The notes under the pieces: model-generated
The model's database searches: none
Seen by the model: only the letters and a program-made list of their open reading frames with translations
What the model was told of the DNA's origin: nothing
NCBI GenBank assembly: GCA_000965745.1
Contig: CP009479.1
Location: forward strand, 2,112,001 to 2,176,000
Source: an uncultured archaeon
GTDB taxonomy: Archaea; Thermoplasmatota; Thermoplasmata; Thermoplasmatales; Thermoplasmataceae
Length of the DNA stretch: 64,000 nt
Direction: 5' to 3'
Shown: one piece after another, positions 29,364 through 39,088 of the stretch
How the letters are laid out: the number at the start of each line of letters is the position of its first letter
How positions within the stretch are numbered: position 1 is the stretch's first letter
Position numbers and translations under genes: made by a program

Positions 29364-29765
29364 TCAGTTTCCAATAAGTCCCGGGATGAAAAGCATTGCC
29401 ACGAATATGTTCACCAGCACTATGGCGCTGAGCAACCCATAGATATAGTTCTTTTCTTTAACGTATGCCACAAAGGCAACAAACACCACTGTGACTGGTG
29501 TCATGATGAGCACCCAGAGCCCCAGGGTTATGTAATAGACTGCATCAAGTGATATCAGGCCGGCAGGTATGCCTGTAAGCGGCACCAGTGAAGAGTTCAG
29601 TGTTGATGAGGGTGCCTCATAGTTGACCAACTGGGAAAGGGTAAAATTGTCTGCTGTCCCTCTGATGAAGAGCATGATCACCCCTATGACAATTATGGCT
29701 ATGCTTGCGTTGACACCTATCATAAGAACCCTGCTTGTAACGTAATAACGATCTAGCTTGGCCGT
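29364..29765 (-). CDS. DUF1634-like membrane protein; start uncertain (ACG 29765 or ATG 29723)
   Basis: LGLWVLIMTPV motif, three TM helices, typical partner downstream of TauE. Confidence 0.75.
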   Translation of the reverse strand, partial: TAKLDRYYVTSRVLMIGVNASIAIIVIGVIMLFIRGTADNFTLSQLVNYEAPSSTLNSSLVPLTGIPAGLISLDAVYYITLGLWVLIMTPVTVVFVAFVAYVKEKNYIYGLLSAIVLVNIFVAMLFIPGLIGN

Positions 29766-30736
29766 GCGACCGCCTCCTTCCTCCTGCTCACTATGTATAT
29801 AGAAAAGATCAGTACGAATGCAAACACTGCAGAAATTGCCAACCTGATTATATCATTCAGCACAAGCATTGATTCTGCATTCAGGCCCTTTAGAACCATC
29901 TGAGCCCCGAGGAACGAAAGAATCGAGAAGAATATCCATCTGATGTTCTTGTTGCTTATCCTGACAAGAATCTTGGCTCCCAGAAACGCTCCAATGAGGA
30001 CGCCAATTGCAGTTGACGCAACTATGAAGAACTGGATGTATCCTTCATACCAGTATATCGATGTCCCAGTCGCTGCGGTTATCCCCACCATGAAGTTGCT
30101 GGTAGTTGTTGCAACCTTCATGGGGAGATTCATGATGCCGTCCATTGCGAGAACGTTGAGTGCCCCTCCGCCTATACCAAGCAAACCGGACAGCGTTCCT
30201 GAAACGAATACTACTATCTCTCCGAGCCACCATCTTACTCCACTGTACTTGATTTCCTTCTTCATTTTTGAGTCGAAATACGACCCCACGAGCTGGAAAA
30301 TTCCTGTTGACCTGTCCTTTTTCAGTTCCTGCGGCAGTTCATACTTTCCTCTTCTTATTGTTGGTATCAGGGAAAAGAGCAGGACCAGCCCGAATATGAC
30401 ATAAATTACGCCCTCCAGCCCCTTAGTGTATACATAGACAGCAAGGCTTGCCCCCACTATGACCCCCAGAGTCGTGGATACCTCGAGGCCTATTCCTACC
30501 TTTATATTGGCTATCCTCTCCCTGGTGTAGGCACTTGCCGAACCTGCAGAAGTAGCAATTGAGGATATGAGTCCTGCACCGGCCGCAAAGTAAAGGGGAA
30601 CGCCCATGAACAGGGACAGAATTGGGACGATGACTGTCCCCCCGCCGAGTCCGGTGAGGGAGCCAATAAGCCCGCCGAGAATCCCACTGACTACTATCAG
30701 GATGAACTTGATGACAGCAGCGTAGACTGTGATCAT
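29753..30736 (-). CDS. TauE/SafE (TSUP) family sulfite/sulfonate exporter
   Basis: GSLTGLGGG and SGLLGIGGG repeats, ATTTSNF. Confidence 0.9.
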   Translation of the reverse strand: MITVYAAVIKFILIVVSGILGGLIGSLTGLGGGTVIVPILSLFMGVPLYFAAGAGLISSIATSAGSASAYTRERIANIKVGIGLEVSTTLGVIVGASLAVYVYTKGLEGVIYVIFGLVLLFSLIPTIRRGKYELPQELKKDRSTGIFQLVGSYFDSKMKKEIKYSGVRWWLGEIVVFVSGTLSGLLGIGGGALNVLAMDGIMNLPMKVATTTSNFMVGITAATGTSIYWYEGYIQFFIVASTAIGVLIGAFLGAKILVRISNKNIRWIFFSILSFLGAQMVLKGLNAESMLVLNDIIRLAISAVFAFVLIFSIYIVSRRKEAVARPS

Positions 30737-30846
30737 TAAACCATGAACACCACTGGTTATAAAAAATCTGATAATTCGCTATTTCGCTGGATTGGCTTTT
30801 TGTAGTGAAGTATTTATATTTTCTTAGCATAGTATGCAGATTACAA

Positions 30847-31857
30847 ATGACCATCAGCCTATCGGAACTAAGGTTCGGTGATGAACTAATTAAGAGAGGC
30901 TTCGCCAAGATGACAAAAGGCGGAGTTATAATGGATGTTACAAACGCAGAGCAGGCCAGGATTGCTGAAGAATCTGGAGCAGTCTCTGTCATGGCCCTCG
31001 AGAGAGTGCCTGCAGACATCAGAGCCGCTGGTGGAGTGGCCAGAATGGCAGACCCTGAAAAAATTAAGGAGATCATTGACGCAGTATCTATACCCGTCAT
31101 GGCCAAGGTAAGAATTGGCCACGTTAGCGAGGGGTACACGCTTGAAGCCCTTGGAGTAGACATGCTTGACGAGAGCGAAGTCCTCACTCCTGCAGACCCT
31201 TTTTTCCATCTGTATAAAAAAGAGTTGAAGGTGCCAGTAGTGTGCGGGGCCAGAATGCTGCCCGAAGCAGTAAGAAGGATCTTCGAGGGAACTGCCATGA
31301 TCAGGACGAAGGGTGAAGCTGGTACAGGCAATATTATTGAGGCTGTCAGGCACATAAGAATGGTAAATGAAGGCATCAGGGTGCTGAAGACTCTTGACAG
31401 TGACCAGATAAACAAGGTGGCAAGAAATATTTCCAGTTCTTACAAAACCCTCAGGAAGGCTGTTTCAAAGGATCTGTTTCTTGACGAGGAATATCTCGGC
31501 GGGAAAGAACTCTATTACAGCATGGACGGAGATTATATAGAGAAGGAGCTCGTCAAAGTCCTGAAAGAGATCAAGAAGCTTGGACGGCTCCCTGTTGTCA
31601 ACTTTGCTGCCGGAGGTGTAGCAACCCCCGCCGATGGTGCCTTAATGATGAATCTGGGTGCCGACGGAGTCTTTGTGGGGAGTGGAATATTCAAGTCCCC
31701 CAACCCCAAGGTGATGGCAAAGGCAGTAGTTGAAGCAGTCGAGAACTATGAAGACTACAAATTAATCGGGTCGGTGTCGAGTGGCCTTTCCGGAATGATC
31801 GGTACCGATATGGAGGAAATTCCAAAGGAAATGAGGCTTCAGGAAAGAGGATGGTAG
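30847..31857 (+). CDS. pdxS: Pyridoxal 5'-phosphate synthase lyase subunit
   Basis: [35 protein letters not shown]-terminal QERGW. Confidence 0.97.
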   Translation: MTISLSELRFGDELIKRGFAKMTKGGVIMDVTNAEQARIAEESGAVSVMALERVPADIRAAGGVARMADPEKIKEIIDAVSIPVMAKVRIGHVSEGYTLEALGVDMLDESEVLTPADPFFHLYKKELKVPVVCGARMLPEAVRRIFEGTAMIRTKGEAGTGNIIEAVRHIRMVNEGIRVLKTLDSDQINKVARNISSSYKTLRKAVSKDLFLDEEYLGGKELYYSMDGDYIEKELVKVLKEIKKLGRLPVVNFAAGGVATPADGALMMNLGADGVFVGSGIFKSPNPKVMAKAVVEAVENYEDYKLIGSVSSGLSGMIGTDMEEIPKEMRLQERGW

Positions 31858-31863
31858 AGGGAA

Positions 31864-32580
31864 ATAACTGATCTGTACGTAGTCACAGTAATAATCCTGC
31901 TTGTGGCGCTGTTCGCAGCGTCCAGGATACTCAACATATTCGATCTTAAGGGTAGCACTGCGGCTCTCTTCGTGGGAGCGTTTGTAGTGTTCACCGGAAC
32001 TCTTTCATGGTTAATTCTTATGCTTGTATTCTCTGTGGGTTCCCACATTGCCACAAAGGCCTGGATCAACAGGAAAAGGGATTTGAGGCTGCAGGAAGGG
32101 ACCGCAGGTGAAAGAAGCAGTTCCAATGTGATCTATGCTGCAGTTATAGGCCTCGGAATATCTTCCCTGAATTTTGCGCATGTTGTTAACGCACCATATT
32201 TTGAATTATTTGCAATATCATTCGCTGTTGTAAATGCGGATACCTTTGCCTCCGAAATTGGAGTACTTGACAAGAAAGTATACCTCATCACCAATCTTAA
32301 GAGAGTGCAGCCAGGAGTGAATGGGGGAGTTTCAGTCCTTGGGCAGATTGCTGCCCTCGGTGGATCCTTCGTTATTGCAATAACATACGGGCTCCTATCC
32401 TACCCGAATGTCAACATTTTGTCGCTTGTTCTGATTGGGGTAATGGGATTCGTTGGATGCCAGATAGACAGCTTACTTGGGGCGACCCTTGAAAACAGGG
32501 ACAGACTCACGAAAGGTGAGGTGAACTTCATTTCCTCTTTTATGGCTGTGGCCCTGTCTGTTGCACTTTTCTCATTCTGA
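31864..32580 (+). CDS. DUF92 (TMEM19-like) membrane protein; start uncertain
   Basis: ADTFASEIG, PGVNGGVS..G, DSLLGATLE motifs; first TM helix begins upstream of the GTG at 31903. Confidence 0.85.
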   Translation: MTDLYVVTVIILLVALFAASRILNIFDLKGSTAALFVGAFVVFTGTLSWLILMLVFSVGSHIATKAWINRKRDLRLQEGTAGERSSSNVIYAAVIGLGISSLNFAHVVNAPYFELFAISFAVVNADTFASEIGVLDKKVYLITNLKRVQPGVNGGVSVLGQIAALGGSFVIAITYGLLSYPNVNILSLVLIGVMGFVGCQIDSLLGATLENRDRLTKGEVNFISSFMAVALSVALFSF

Positions 32581-32809
32581 GCCACCCCTGACAGCAAAAT
32601 AATTATTCGTTTGCAACCAGAACAGCAGAAGATAGTTGACCGCGGCAGGATCCCTGCAGTTCTTTTTGCCCGATTCCCGTCTGCTTCTGCCCATCACCTG
32701 TTGCCAATCTGTTCTCTTTGGGCTTATATATATGGATCAGGAGAAGCGGTTTGTGCTGCGATAAAAAAAGAGGGATATAAGAAAATATTTGTTGTAAGTT
32801 AAAAATGGA

Positions 32810-33283
32810 TCAGGACGCTATGAGAGTAACGTTTGCCTGACCGTATTTGTATGTAAGCTGCGGTGCCTGGAGCACGATCTTCAGAATGTATGCATTATTG
32901 CCCATTGCGTAATATACGCCCGGATTAACGGTCAGCTCCAGTGTGGCCTGCGAAGTTTGAGTCTGTTTAATTACTGAAGGAGTGGATATAACCTGCGAGA
33001 ACGATGAGATTATATCATATGTGAAATTTTGCCCAGTGGACTCGTTGTATACATTCACGACCGGTGGCAGGACCTTTATCTCAGGATTCTGATAGCTATA
33101 CGAATAATTAACAGTGACATTTATGGTCGTTGTAGTGTTGTTTATAGCTATTTCATTAGGTGATGCTGATATTTCCAGAACATGCTGAGGCTGTGCATGC
33201 GTGCTCGGAACGGTAAATGCAATAACTATGAGACCAATAATAAAGACTGCGGTGCCAATTGCAACTCCTGTATTGCGTGCCAT
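32810..33283 (-). CDS. Membrane-anchored/secreted hypothetical protein
   Basis: N-terminal hydrophobic helix; Asn/Thr/Ser-rich beta-type body with multiple NxS/T sequons. Confidence 0.7.
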   Translation of the reverse strand: MARNTGVAIGTAVFIIGLIVIAFTVPSTHAQPQHVLEISASPNEIAINNTTTTINVTVNYSYSYQNPEIKVLPPVVNVYNESTGQNFTYDIISSFSQVISTPSVIKQTQTSQATLELTVNPGVYYAMGNNAYILKIVLQAPQLTYKYGQANVTLIAS

Positions 33284-33398
33284 ATTATCTGTTCCTCAAC
33301 TAGCCCTGTTATCGATAGATAAGATATTAAAATTTCTCTGTTCATGCAATATTCAGGGCTACACGGATTAATATTTTACGCTAAACTCACTATGGTGA

Positions 33399-33686
33399 TC
33401 ACAGCGTCGCTCTATTTTTGGATATGTGTTCCTTCAGTTCCTCGTGGAGTTTTCTTATTTGCCTGATGCTCCCGAGATAGGTTGCTATGCTGACGAGGAG
33501 AGTAACCTCTATACCAAAAAACTGTGGGAATGCTTCACCAGCCCAGAGAGCCAGGTTCATCCACCCGCCTACCAGGCCGGCCGTATGTGTTGCGATAAGG
33601 AGGTGCAGCAAGTGCATAGATCCGAGTAATAACCTCCCTACAATCGCAATTTGGCCCAATATTGTAGCTATAACGAACATAATCAT
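33399..33686 (-). CDS. Small hypothetical membrane protein
   Basis: 95 aa hydrophobic ORF co-oriented with neighbours; no motif. Confidence 0.4.
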   Translation of the reverse strand: MIMFVIATILGQIAIVGRLLLGSMHLLHLLIATHTAGLVGGWMNLALWAGEAFPQFFGIEVTLLVSIATYLGSIRQIRKLHEELKEHISKNRATL

Positions 33687-33798
33687 TTCCAGACCCTCTT
33701 TCTATGCCTGTTGTTCTCCACAGAAAAATCATACATAAGTGAATTGGTACAGTTGAGAATAAAAAGTGAGGATTGGGAAAAGGTCCGTAAATATATTC

Positions 33799-34458
33799 TC
33801 AGGCGGAGCCAAACTGCCTGAGGAAGTTCTCCCTCTCTTCGAGAATTGATTCTCTCAGACCCCTCATCGATCTCCTTCTCAGAAGGTGATAACTGTAGTC
33901 CTGGTGATTGAGTATGTACTTCTTTGCCTCATCGAGAAGCTTGTCCTTTGGCAGCAAAACATCAACATTTGATCCTTCAGATGCGTCACAGAGGTCCAGT
34001 TTGTTTCTGAATTTCTGAACCGTTATTGAACCCCCAATTGAAAAATTGTACCCTCTATTGAAGCCGACCCTGTTCTCTTCGTGTGAAATGACCACATCAC
34101 CCAGCAATGCAAGTTCATAGCCGGCATCTATTGCGTCTCCTGAAAGAACTGAGAATACAGGCTTTTCCAGTGAATAAATTAAGGATATAAGGGAATTTGC
34201 AGATTCGAGTATGGCCTTTGCAGTCTCGAAGTCTGTTGAGTCCGCCTTGAGCCCAACTGAGAAATGCTCGTTCATGCCAGTTACTGCGATCGACTTCACC
34301 TTGTCATCTATGGAAGCAGTCCCAATTGCGGCGACCAGCTCGTTTATTGCATTCCAGTTGATCAGGCCATTGTCATCACTTCTCAGGACAATGAGGCCAA
34401 TCCCGCTGTCCTGCCAGAAAGTGATATCGTTGAACCCCTTCACCCTGACATTATTCAT
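33799..34458 (-). CDS. Enoyl-CoA hydratase/crotonase superfamily protein (divergent)
   Basis: FSVG, EKPVFSVLSGDAIDAGYELALLGDV crotonase-like segment; overlaps cytochrome b stop. Confidence 0.75.
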   Translation of the reverse strand: MNNVRVKGFNDITFWQDSGIGLIVLRSDDNGLINWNAINELVAAIGTASIDDKVKSIAVTGMNEHFSVGLKADSTDFETAKAILESANSLISLIYSLEKPVFSVLSGDAIDAGYELALLGDVVISHEENRVGFNRGYNFSIGGSITVQKFRNKLDLCDASEGSNVDVLLPKDKLLDEAKKYILNHQDYSYHLLRRRSMRGLRESILEERENFLRQFGSA

Positions 34459-36127
34459 TGTATACTGCCATCCTGTACACTCTCAGGATAACTCCTCCAA
34501 TTATAAGAATCACGCCAAGCCCGATTCCAAAGGTTGCTTCGGCCACTATGTCAACCGGGTCAAGCCCCCAGATCGCATACATGATCCCCACTGCCACCAC
34601 TGCTAGAATCGCCGATATCACTATTGCGGAGTTTATGCTGAGTGGTACCGGGTTGGACTTCTTCTTTGAATTTGTGCTTTCGTATTTGCTCGTGGCCTGT
34701 GCGCTTTTCATTGTCCCCACTGCTGCAAATACTGTCACTCCTCCGGAGAAGAAAGTTGCTGCGAGGTTCAACCCGTTCGGAGTTGACAGGAAGGACGAGA
34801 AATTCTGCGTGAGAGAATACATCGTAAACATCAGAAGAAGCAGGAACAGTATTGAGGAACCTATCAGCTTGTTTGATGAGACTTCGAACTTTCCCTTCTT
34901 GTAAAGGCGCCCGATCAACAGCATCCCACCAACCACTACTATGAATGGCGGTATCAGGACCACGGCTGTCTCGTAAACCGGAATCTGGGTTCCGGGAGAA
35001 AGGGCTCCCCACAGAGAGAGTATTGCCATGTAGATTATTCCAAGTATCCCAAATGCCGTAATTATCGGCCTTCCAAGTGGGTGCAGGTCATTGTTGGAAT
35101 CTATGAACGGCAGTCCAAGGAAGTAGAGCAGAGGAATTACGGCAAATACCACTGTCGCGGCCAGGGCGGAAAATTCGCCGAAAGGCAGGAACATCTCAAA
35201 GTCCACTGCCTTGTAAACGAATAGAAGGAACCATGGCGGGTATGTTGGCACATAAGCAGCAAGTGGGCTTGATGGAGCCACCTGCGGATACGGGTCGAAA
35301 AGTGTAGGTACTGACGGCAGAGCGTCGATGATGGAAGTTATCAGGATAATAGCACCAAAGGTGAACAGGGCCAGCTGAATCATGAAGACCATGTTGTAGG
35401 GGTTCCACTGCTTGTAGCTGGGTTTCTCCTCATCTATTGCAGGCGCCTTGTAGTTGGACTCTTTGTGGGAAGGTGCCATGCTGTTTGTCTCTGCCAGGTA
35501 GAAATGAAGGCCGAAAAGTCCGCCTACTACTGCTGCAAGTATGACGTGCCATCCAAGCATCTTCTCAAATAGGCTTACAGTGGTTCCTCCGCCGAAGAAA
35601 ATGCTCGCGAGAGGATTTCCAATGACCGGCAGTGCGGCTGCGATCCCCCTTCCCACATCGGTTGCGTCAATGGCGAGAACATCGCCTGTCATCGAATAAC
35701 CGAAGTAGCCGACACCGATAGTGGTCGCCAGGAGAATAACCCCGAGGATCCACTGAATCTGCCTTGGCTTCTTGTATGAGCCGTAAAAGTAGTTACGGAA
35801 CATGTGGACGTACACGAGAACAATCATTGCGTATGCCCCGTACAGGTGAGTGGTGAGGAAAAGTGCACCGTACGGAATGTTTGTTAACATGAACTCCGTA
35901 GAAACGTAAGGGTTTCCAGCATTGTAGTACAGGAGCAGGATTAGCCCGGTGATAACCTGATAAAGAAACGCCATGGTTATCAGAGCGCCTGTCCAGTACC
36001 AGATTCCGCCTTTTTTCCTCATGTAGTCTGGTACCCTTCTGACTGGCAACTCATTTATCCTAAGCGGGTCATCTCCGAGCTCAGATTTTAATATGCTCGA
36101 TAATCCATATTTTTTCTTATCTGCCAT
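34451..36127 (-). CDS. Cytochrome b of a Rieske/cyt b complex (SoxC-like, extended C-terminus)
   Basis: Heme ligands THLYGAY..VHMFR and WHVI..LHF; YPPWFL at the PEWY position; many TM helices. Confidence 0.92.
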   Translation of the reverse strand: MADKKKYGLSSILKSELGDDPLRINELPVRRVPDYMRKKGGIWYWTGALITMAFLYQVITGLILLLYYNAGNPYVSTEFMLTNIPYGALFLTTHLYGAYAMIVLVYVHMFRNYFYGSYKKPRQIQWILGVILLATTIGVGYFGYSMTGDVLAIDATDVGRGIAAALPVIGNPLASIFFGGGTTVSLFEKMLGWHVILAAVVGGLFGLHFYLAETNSMAPSHKESNYKAPAIDEEKPSYKQWNPYNMVFMIQLALFTFGAIILITSIIDALPSVPTLFDPYPQVAPSSPLAAYVPTYPPWFLLFVYKAVDFEMFLPFGEFSALAATVVFAVIPLLYFLGLPFIDSNNDLHPLGRPIITAFGILGIIYMAILSLWGALSPGTQIPVYETAVVLIPPFIVVVGGMLLIGRLYKKGKFEVSSNKLIGSSILFLLLLMFTMYSLTQNFSSFLSTPNGLNLAATFFSGGVTVFAAVGTMKSAQATSKYESTNSKKKSNPVPLSINSAIVISAILAVVAVGIMYAIWGLDPVDIVAEATFGIGLGVILIIGGVILRVYRMAVYNE

Positions 36128-36141
36128 TTAACTTTCCTCCT

Positions 36142-36888
36142 TTATACAGCCCCGAGATTGACCATCTGCGTCTTTGTTGTTCCGGCAGGAAATGGTGTCC
36201 CCCCGGAAAGATCGCCCACCTTTCCATAGATGGTTGGGCCGGTCATGCTGTTCACTGAAAGTGTATCTTCAGCCGAATTGTACTTCAAAATAACATTGGG
36301 GAGAGGTTTTGCAGTGGGCCCTGTGACTACACTGAAACCCTTGGCCGGATCATAAGTGCTCCCATGGCAGTTGCAGTGAACAAGCCCGCTTGTTGGTTTA
36401 TATGACTGGAGCAGCCCAGGGTGGCCTGGTATCGAGTTCCCCGGAGAGTAATAGTGTATAATTGGTGGCACACAACCGAGATGCTGGCAAATTGCGCTTG
36501 CAGAAACAATAGAATTACTTGGCCCTACTCCGCCGGGGGATTTGAAGGTGCTGCCGTTTGCCGGTATTGTGACATCCGAGGAAGATATTGATAGAGGAGC
36601 GTTCTTCTCATCCCCGAGGTTAATCAGAAAATTCGGGTCGTCTGTGAGCGGGTAGTAGTACAACCATATATTTGGTGAATTAACCGGCCAGTTTGATGCC
36701 TTAATTGGAGAACCGGATGAATCCACAAGAGTCATCTCTGGAAATTCAGTTAGTCCCTCAGAAGGCGTCACCACATTGCTAACAACGCCTTTAACAGCCC
36801 CTCCGGCTGCTGCGGCTATAGACATTACGGCCATAGCCTTCAAGAAATTTCTTTTGCCTTGATCGATCTTTTCATCATCAAGATCCAT
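36142..36888 (-). CDS. Rieske [2Fe-2S] protein (SoxL-like) with Tat-type signal
   Basis: KRNFLK signal, CQHLGC and CNCHGSTY boxes. Confidence 0.93.
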   Translation of the reverse strand: MDLDDEKIDQGKRNFLKAMAVMSIAAAAGGAVKGVVSNVVTPSEGLTEFPEMTLVDSSGSPIKASNWPVNSPNIWLYYYPLTDDPNFLINLGDEKNAPLSISSSDVTIPANGSTFKSPGGVGPSNSIVSASAICQHLGCVPPIIHYYSPGNSIPGHPGLLQSYKPTSGLVHCNCHGSTYDPAKGFSVVTGPTAKPLPNVILKYNSAEDTLSVNSMTGPTIYGKVGDLSGGTPFPAGTTKTQMVNLGAV

Positions 36889-37056
36889 ACCCACTGATCG
36901 TGTATTGTTAATAATATTTTTTTGTCCAAGTGGACTGTAAGCTTTGTATTAATTATTTCAGAGCACATTCGAATTCAATTACCCGGAGATGAAAACAAGG
37001 CCGGAATGATCGATAAATTTATGATATTACTGCCTATGAGGCAAAGTAGACTTTAA

Positions 37057-37129
37057 GGGCTCGTAGTCTAGTGGTTATGATACCGCCCTTACAAGGCGGT
37101 GGTCACCGGTTCAAATCCGGTCGGGCCCA
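37057..37129 (+). tRNA. tRNA-Val (anticodon TAC)
   Basis: GGGCTCG/CGGGCCC acceptor stem, CCGCC-CTTACAA-GGCGG anticodon arm, GGTTCAAATCC T-arm; no intron, CCA not encoded. Confidence 0.97.
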
Positions 37130-37777
37130 TTCACAATTACGTTTAGTTTTTTCTGAAATGCCCAGCTTATGCTTCCTACAGTATTTCTGCACCCATTCTC
37201 TTTCATCTTCATGTGATGGTGTATCCCCTTCCAGATATGAGATATTGATGTTCCAATCCACGCATGTAACTTCTTCGCCATGTCGCATTGTTGTGGGGAA
37301 CTTTGAATAATCAGGACCGTAAGGATCAGGCCTGAACGGTGCAATGCGATACCAGTCCAGTTTGCTATCCTTCTCATACATCTCTGGATTATGCTCTTTA
37401 TAATATTTTTCCCTGAGACTGCCAAGATACCATTTCAATGTTGAAGCAGATACACCCTTTTCACAGTTGAAATCATAATCACCTCTCAATTCATGGAAAT
37501 AATCCATAAGATTAGTCTTCCAATCATTATCCAATGGCTCTAAAGTGAATTCCTTTAGATCTTTGAAGTATTTGCCCATGAATTCCATTTCTACCAATCT
37601 ATCAGTTAGAACATCAAAGCCAGCGTAATCGATATCAGTAGGCCAATCATTCTTCTCGAATGGACCCTTGCGCAGTCTAACCTTATAGCCCAGTGGCCGA
37701 ATGATCCACTTTGCATCGCCGAAGGATTTCATGAATGAATAACCTGAAGAAGTAAATAAGGTTCCAGTGAGAATCAT
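37103..37777 (-). CDS. Hypothetical protein of the island, ending antisense inside the tRNA
   Basis: 224 aa ORF with protein-like composition; last residues WARPDLNR are the reverse complement of the tRNA 3' end. Confidence 0.6.
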   Translation of the reverse strand: MILTGTLFTSSGYSFMKSFGDAKWIIRPLGYKVRLRKGPFEKNDWPTDIDYAGFDVLTDRLVEMEFMGKYFKDLKEFTLEPLDNDWKTNLMDYFHELRGDYDFNCEKGVSASTLKWYLGSLREKYYKEHNPEMYEKDSKLDWYRIAPFRPDPYGPDYSKFPTTMRHGEEVTCVDWNINISYLEGDTPSHEDEREWVQKYCRKHKLGISEKTKRNCEWARPDLNR

Positions 37778-38333
37778 CGATTCATCATTGAAAGGCTGAT
37801 CGAAAAAGTTCAGTGTTATGAGAGATTTTATAGATTTGTTGAATAATCAGCATTATTAGAAAAGAGAATGTATGAAGGTTTTGCCCTTCATGTATATAGT
37901 CTCCTGATACCTTCATGCATGGAAGTGTCAAGAAATTTTTATCCAGAATCCTTTCAGCCTGCGATACCTGCACCTTTTCGTTGGAATAGCACTGAGATCG
38001 CATTAGTTTTGAAATTTTGAGATTGGTAATATGCACATGTAATATGGCAACTTGGTTTTGGAAGTAGTAAAAACAACAGAAACCGTTGGAAACCATTATT
38101 CGAACACTTTTGAAAACGCCTGGGTACGTTTCAATCGACTATAAGTCAAATGTGCGTTAGGACATTGAAATATAGCCCGTTAAAAGCCATTTGGCTCAAT
38201 GCTTTCAGATTGAATCGTTCTTTCAGAAAATGTGAATCTCCTAATTCCCATATGTGGAATCACCCGCATTTGACTTGATCCGTACGGTGCACACAAAACC
38301 CACCAACCAATCTTAATAAAAACTGGGCATATC

Positions 38334-38858
38334 TCAAGTTAGATCAATATGCTGTTTTAGGAACTCTTCAAATTCTCTAGTTCTGTTTTTCTTTCCCAGC
38401 CTGAATTTATAGCTTCTACCGAGTTCAAAACAAATCCAGTTCTTTTTTTTCGAAGACAGGACTTGCCAGCCAAACGAATAAGTGTTTGTGCTCAGCTCCA
38501 CATTTCTTATCATTTCGTAATTTCCCCTGAGTCTGATGCCACCAATACACTGGATAAAGTGGTCGTCGTAGAAATAGAAAGTTCCCTTGCGATGCCAGTC
38601 CAAGTAAAGACCGATACCTATGAAGATAAAAAGAACGAACATGGCTGCAAGTGCATCTTCAAAGTAAAACAGAATTGTTGAAGAAAAGCCTGCGTTTCCA
38701 AGAGGAATGTAAGCCTGCAGCATTATCCCTCCGGTTATGGATATGATTGAGATGAGGAAGAGGAATCCAACTGTCGAAAGTTTAATGCCGAGCATAAAGG
38801 CAGGCTTCTTTACACTGAACTCAGGCTTATACCTAATAAACGTCTTGGTAACAGGCAT
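38334..38858 (-). CDS. Hypothetical membrane protein (2 TM plus small soluble domain)
   Basis: 174 aa ORF, two TM helices, TTATATA box upstream. Confidence 0.65.
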   Translation of the reverse strand: MPVTKTFIRYKPEFSVKKPAFMLGIKLSTVGFLFLISIISITGGIMLQAYIPLGNAGFSSTILFYFEDALAAMFVLFIFIGIGLYLDWHRKGTFYFYDDHFIQCIGGIRLRGNYEMIRNVELSTNTYSFGWQVLSSKKKNWICFELGRSYKFRLGKKNRTREFEEFLKQHIDLT

Positions 38859-39088
38859 AGATTAAATGAATTGCATAGTATATATAAGAATTGTTGCGGA
38901 ATTATTTTTGAGACATACACTTGCAAAAACCCAGATTAAAATAGCCTGAAGGATTGATCACATGCTCACCTGGCACATACCCATGTCTGCCATGTGATCT
39001 GAAAGGATTGCAGGGCCACCTTTTCATCTATCTATTTCAAGTCTTGGAATATATTTTACTGCCCGACACTGAGAATTCTTTATTGCAT

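Noticed and set aside
30423-31415. 330 aa minus-strand ORF
   Set aside because: Antisense shadow of pdxS and off-frame to TauE; the same applies to other long shadow ORFs such as 5085..5942 and 51193..52047
31380-31570. Insertion of roughly 40 aa in PdxS and no adjacent pdxT
   Set aside because: Longer PdxS forms and unlinked pdxT are common in archaea
32810-33283. Possible missing electron acceptor for the Rieske-cyt b complex
   Set aside because: No CxxCH and no Cys at all, so neither a c-type cytochrome nor a cupredoxin
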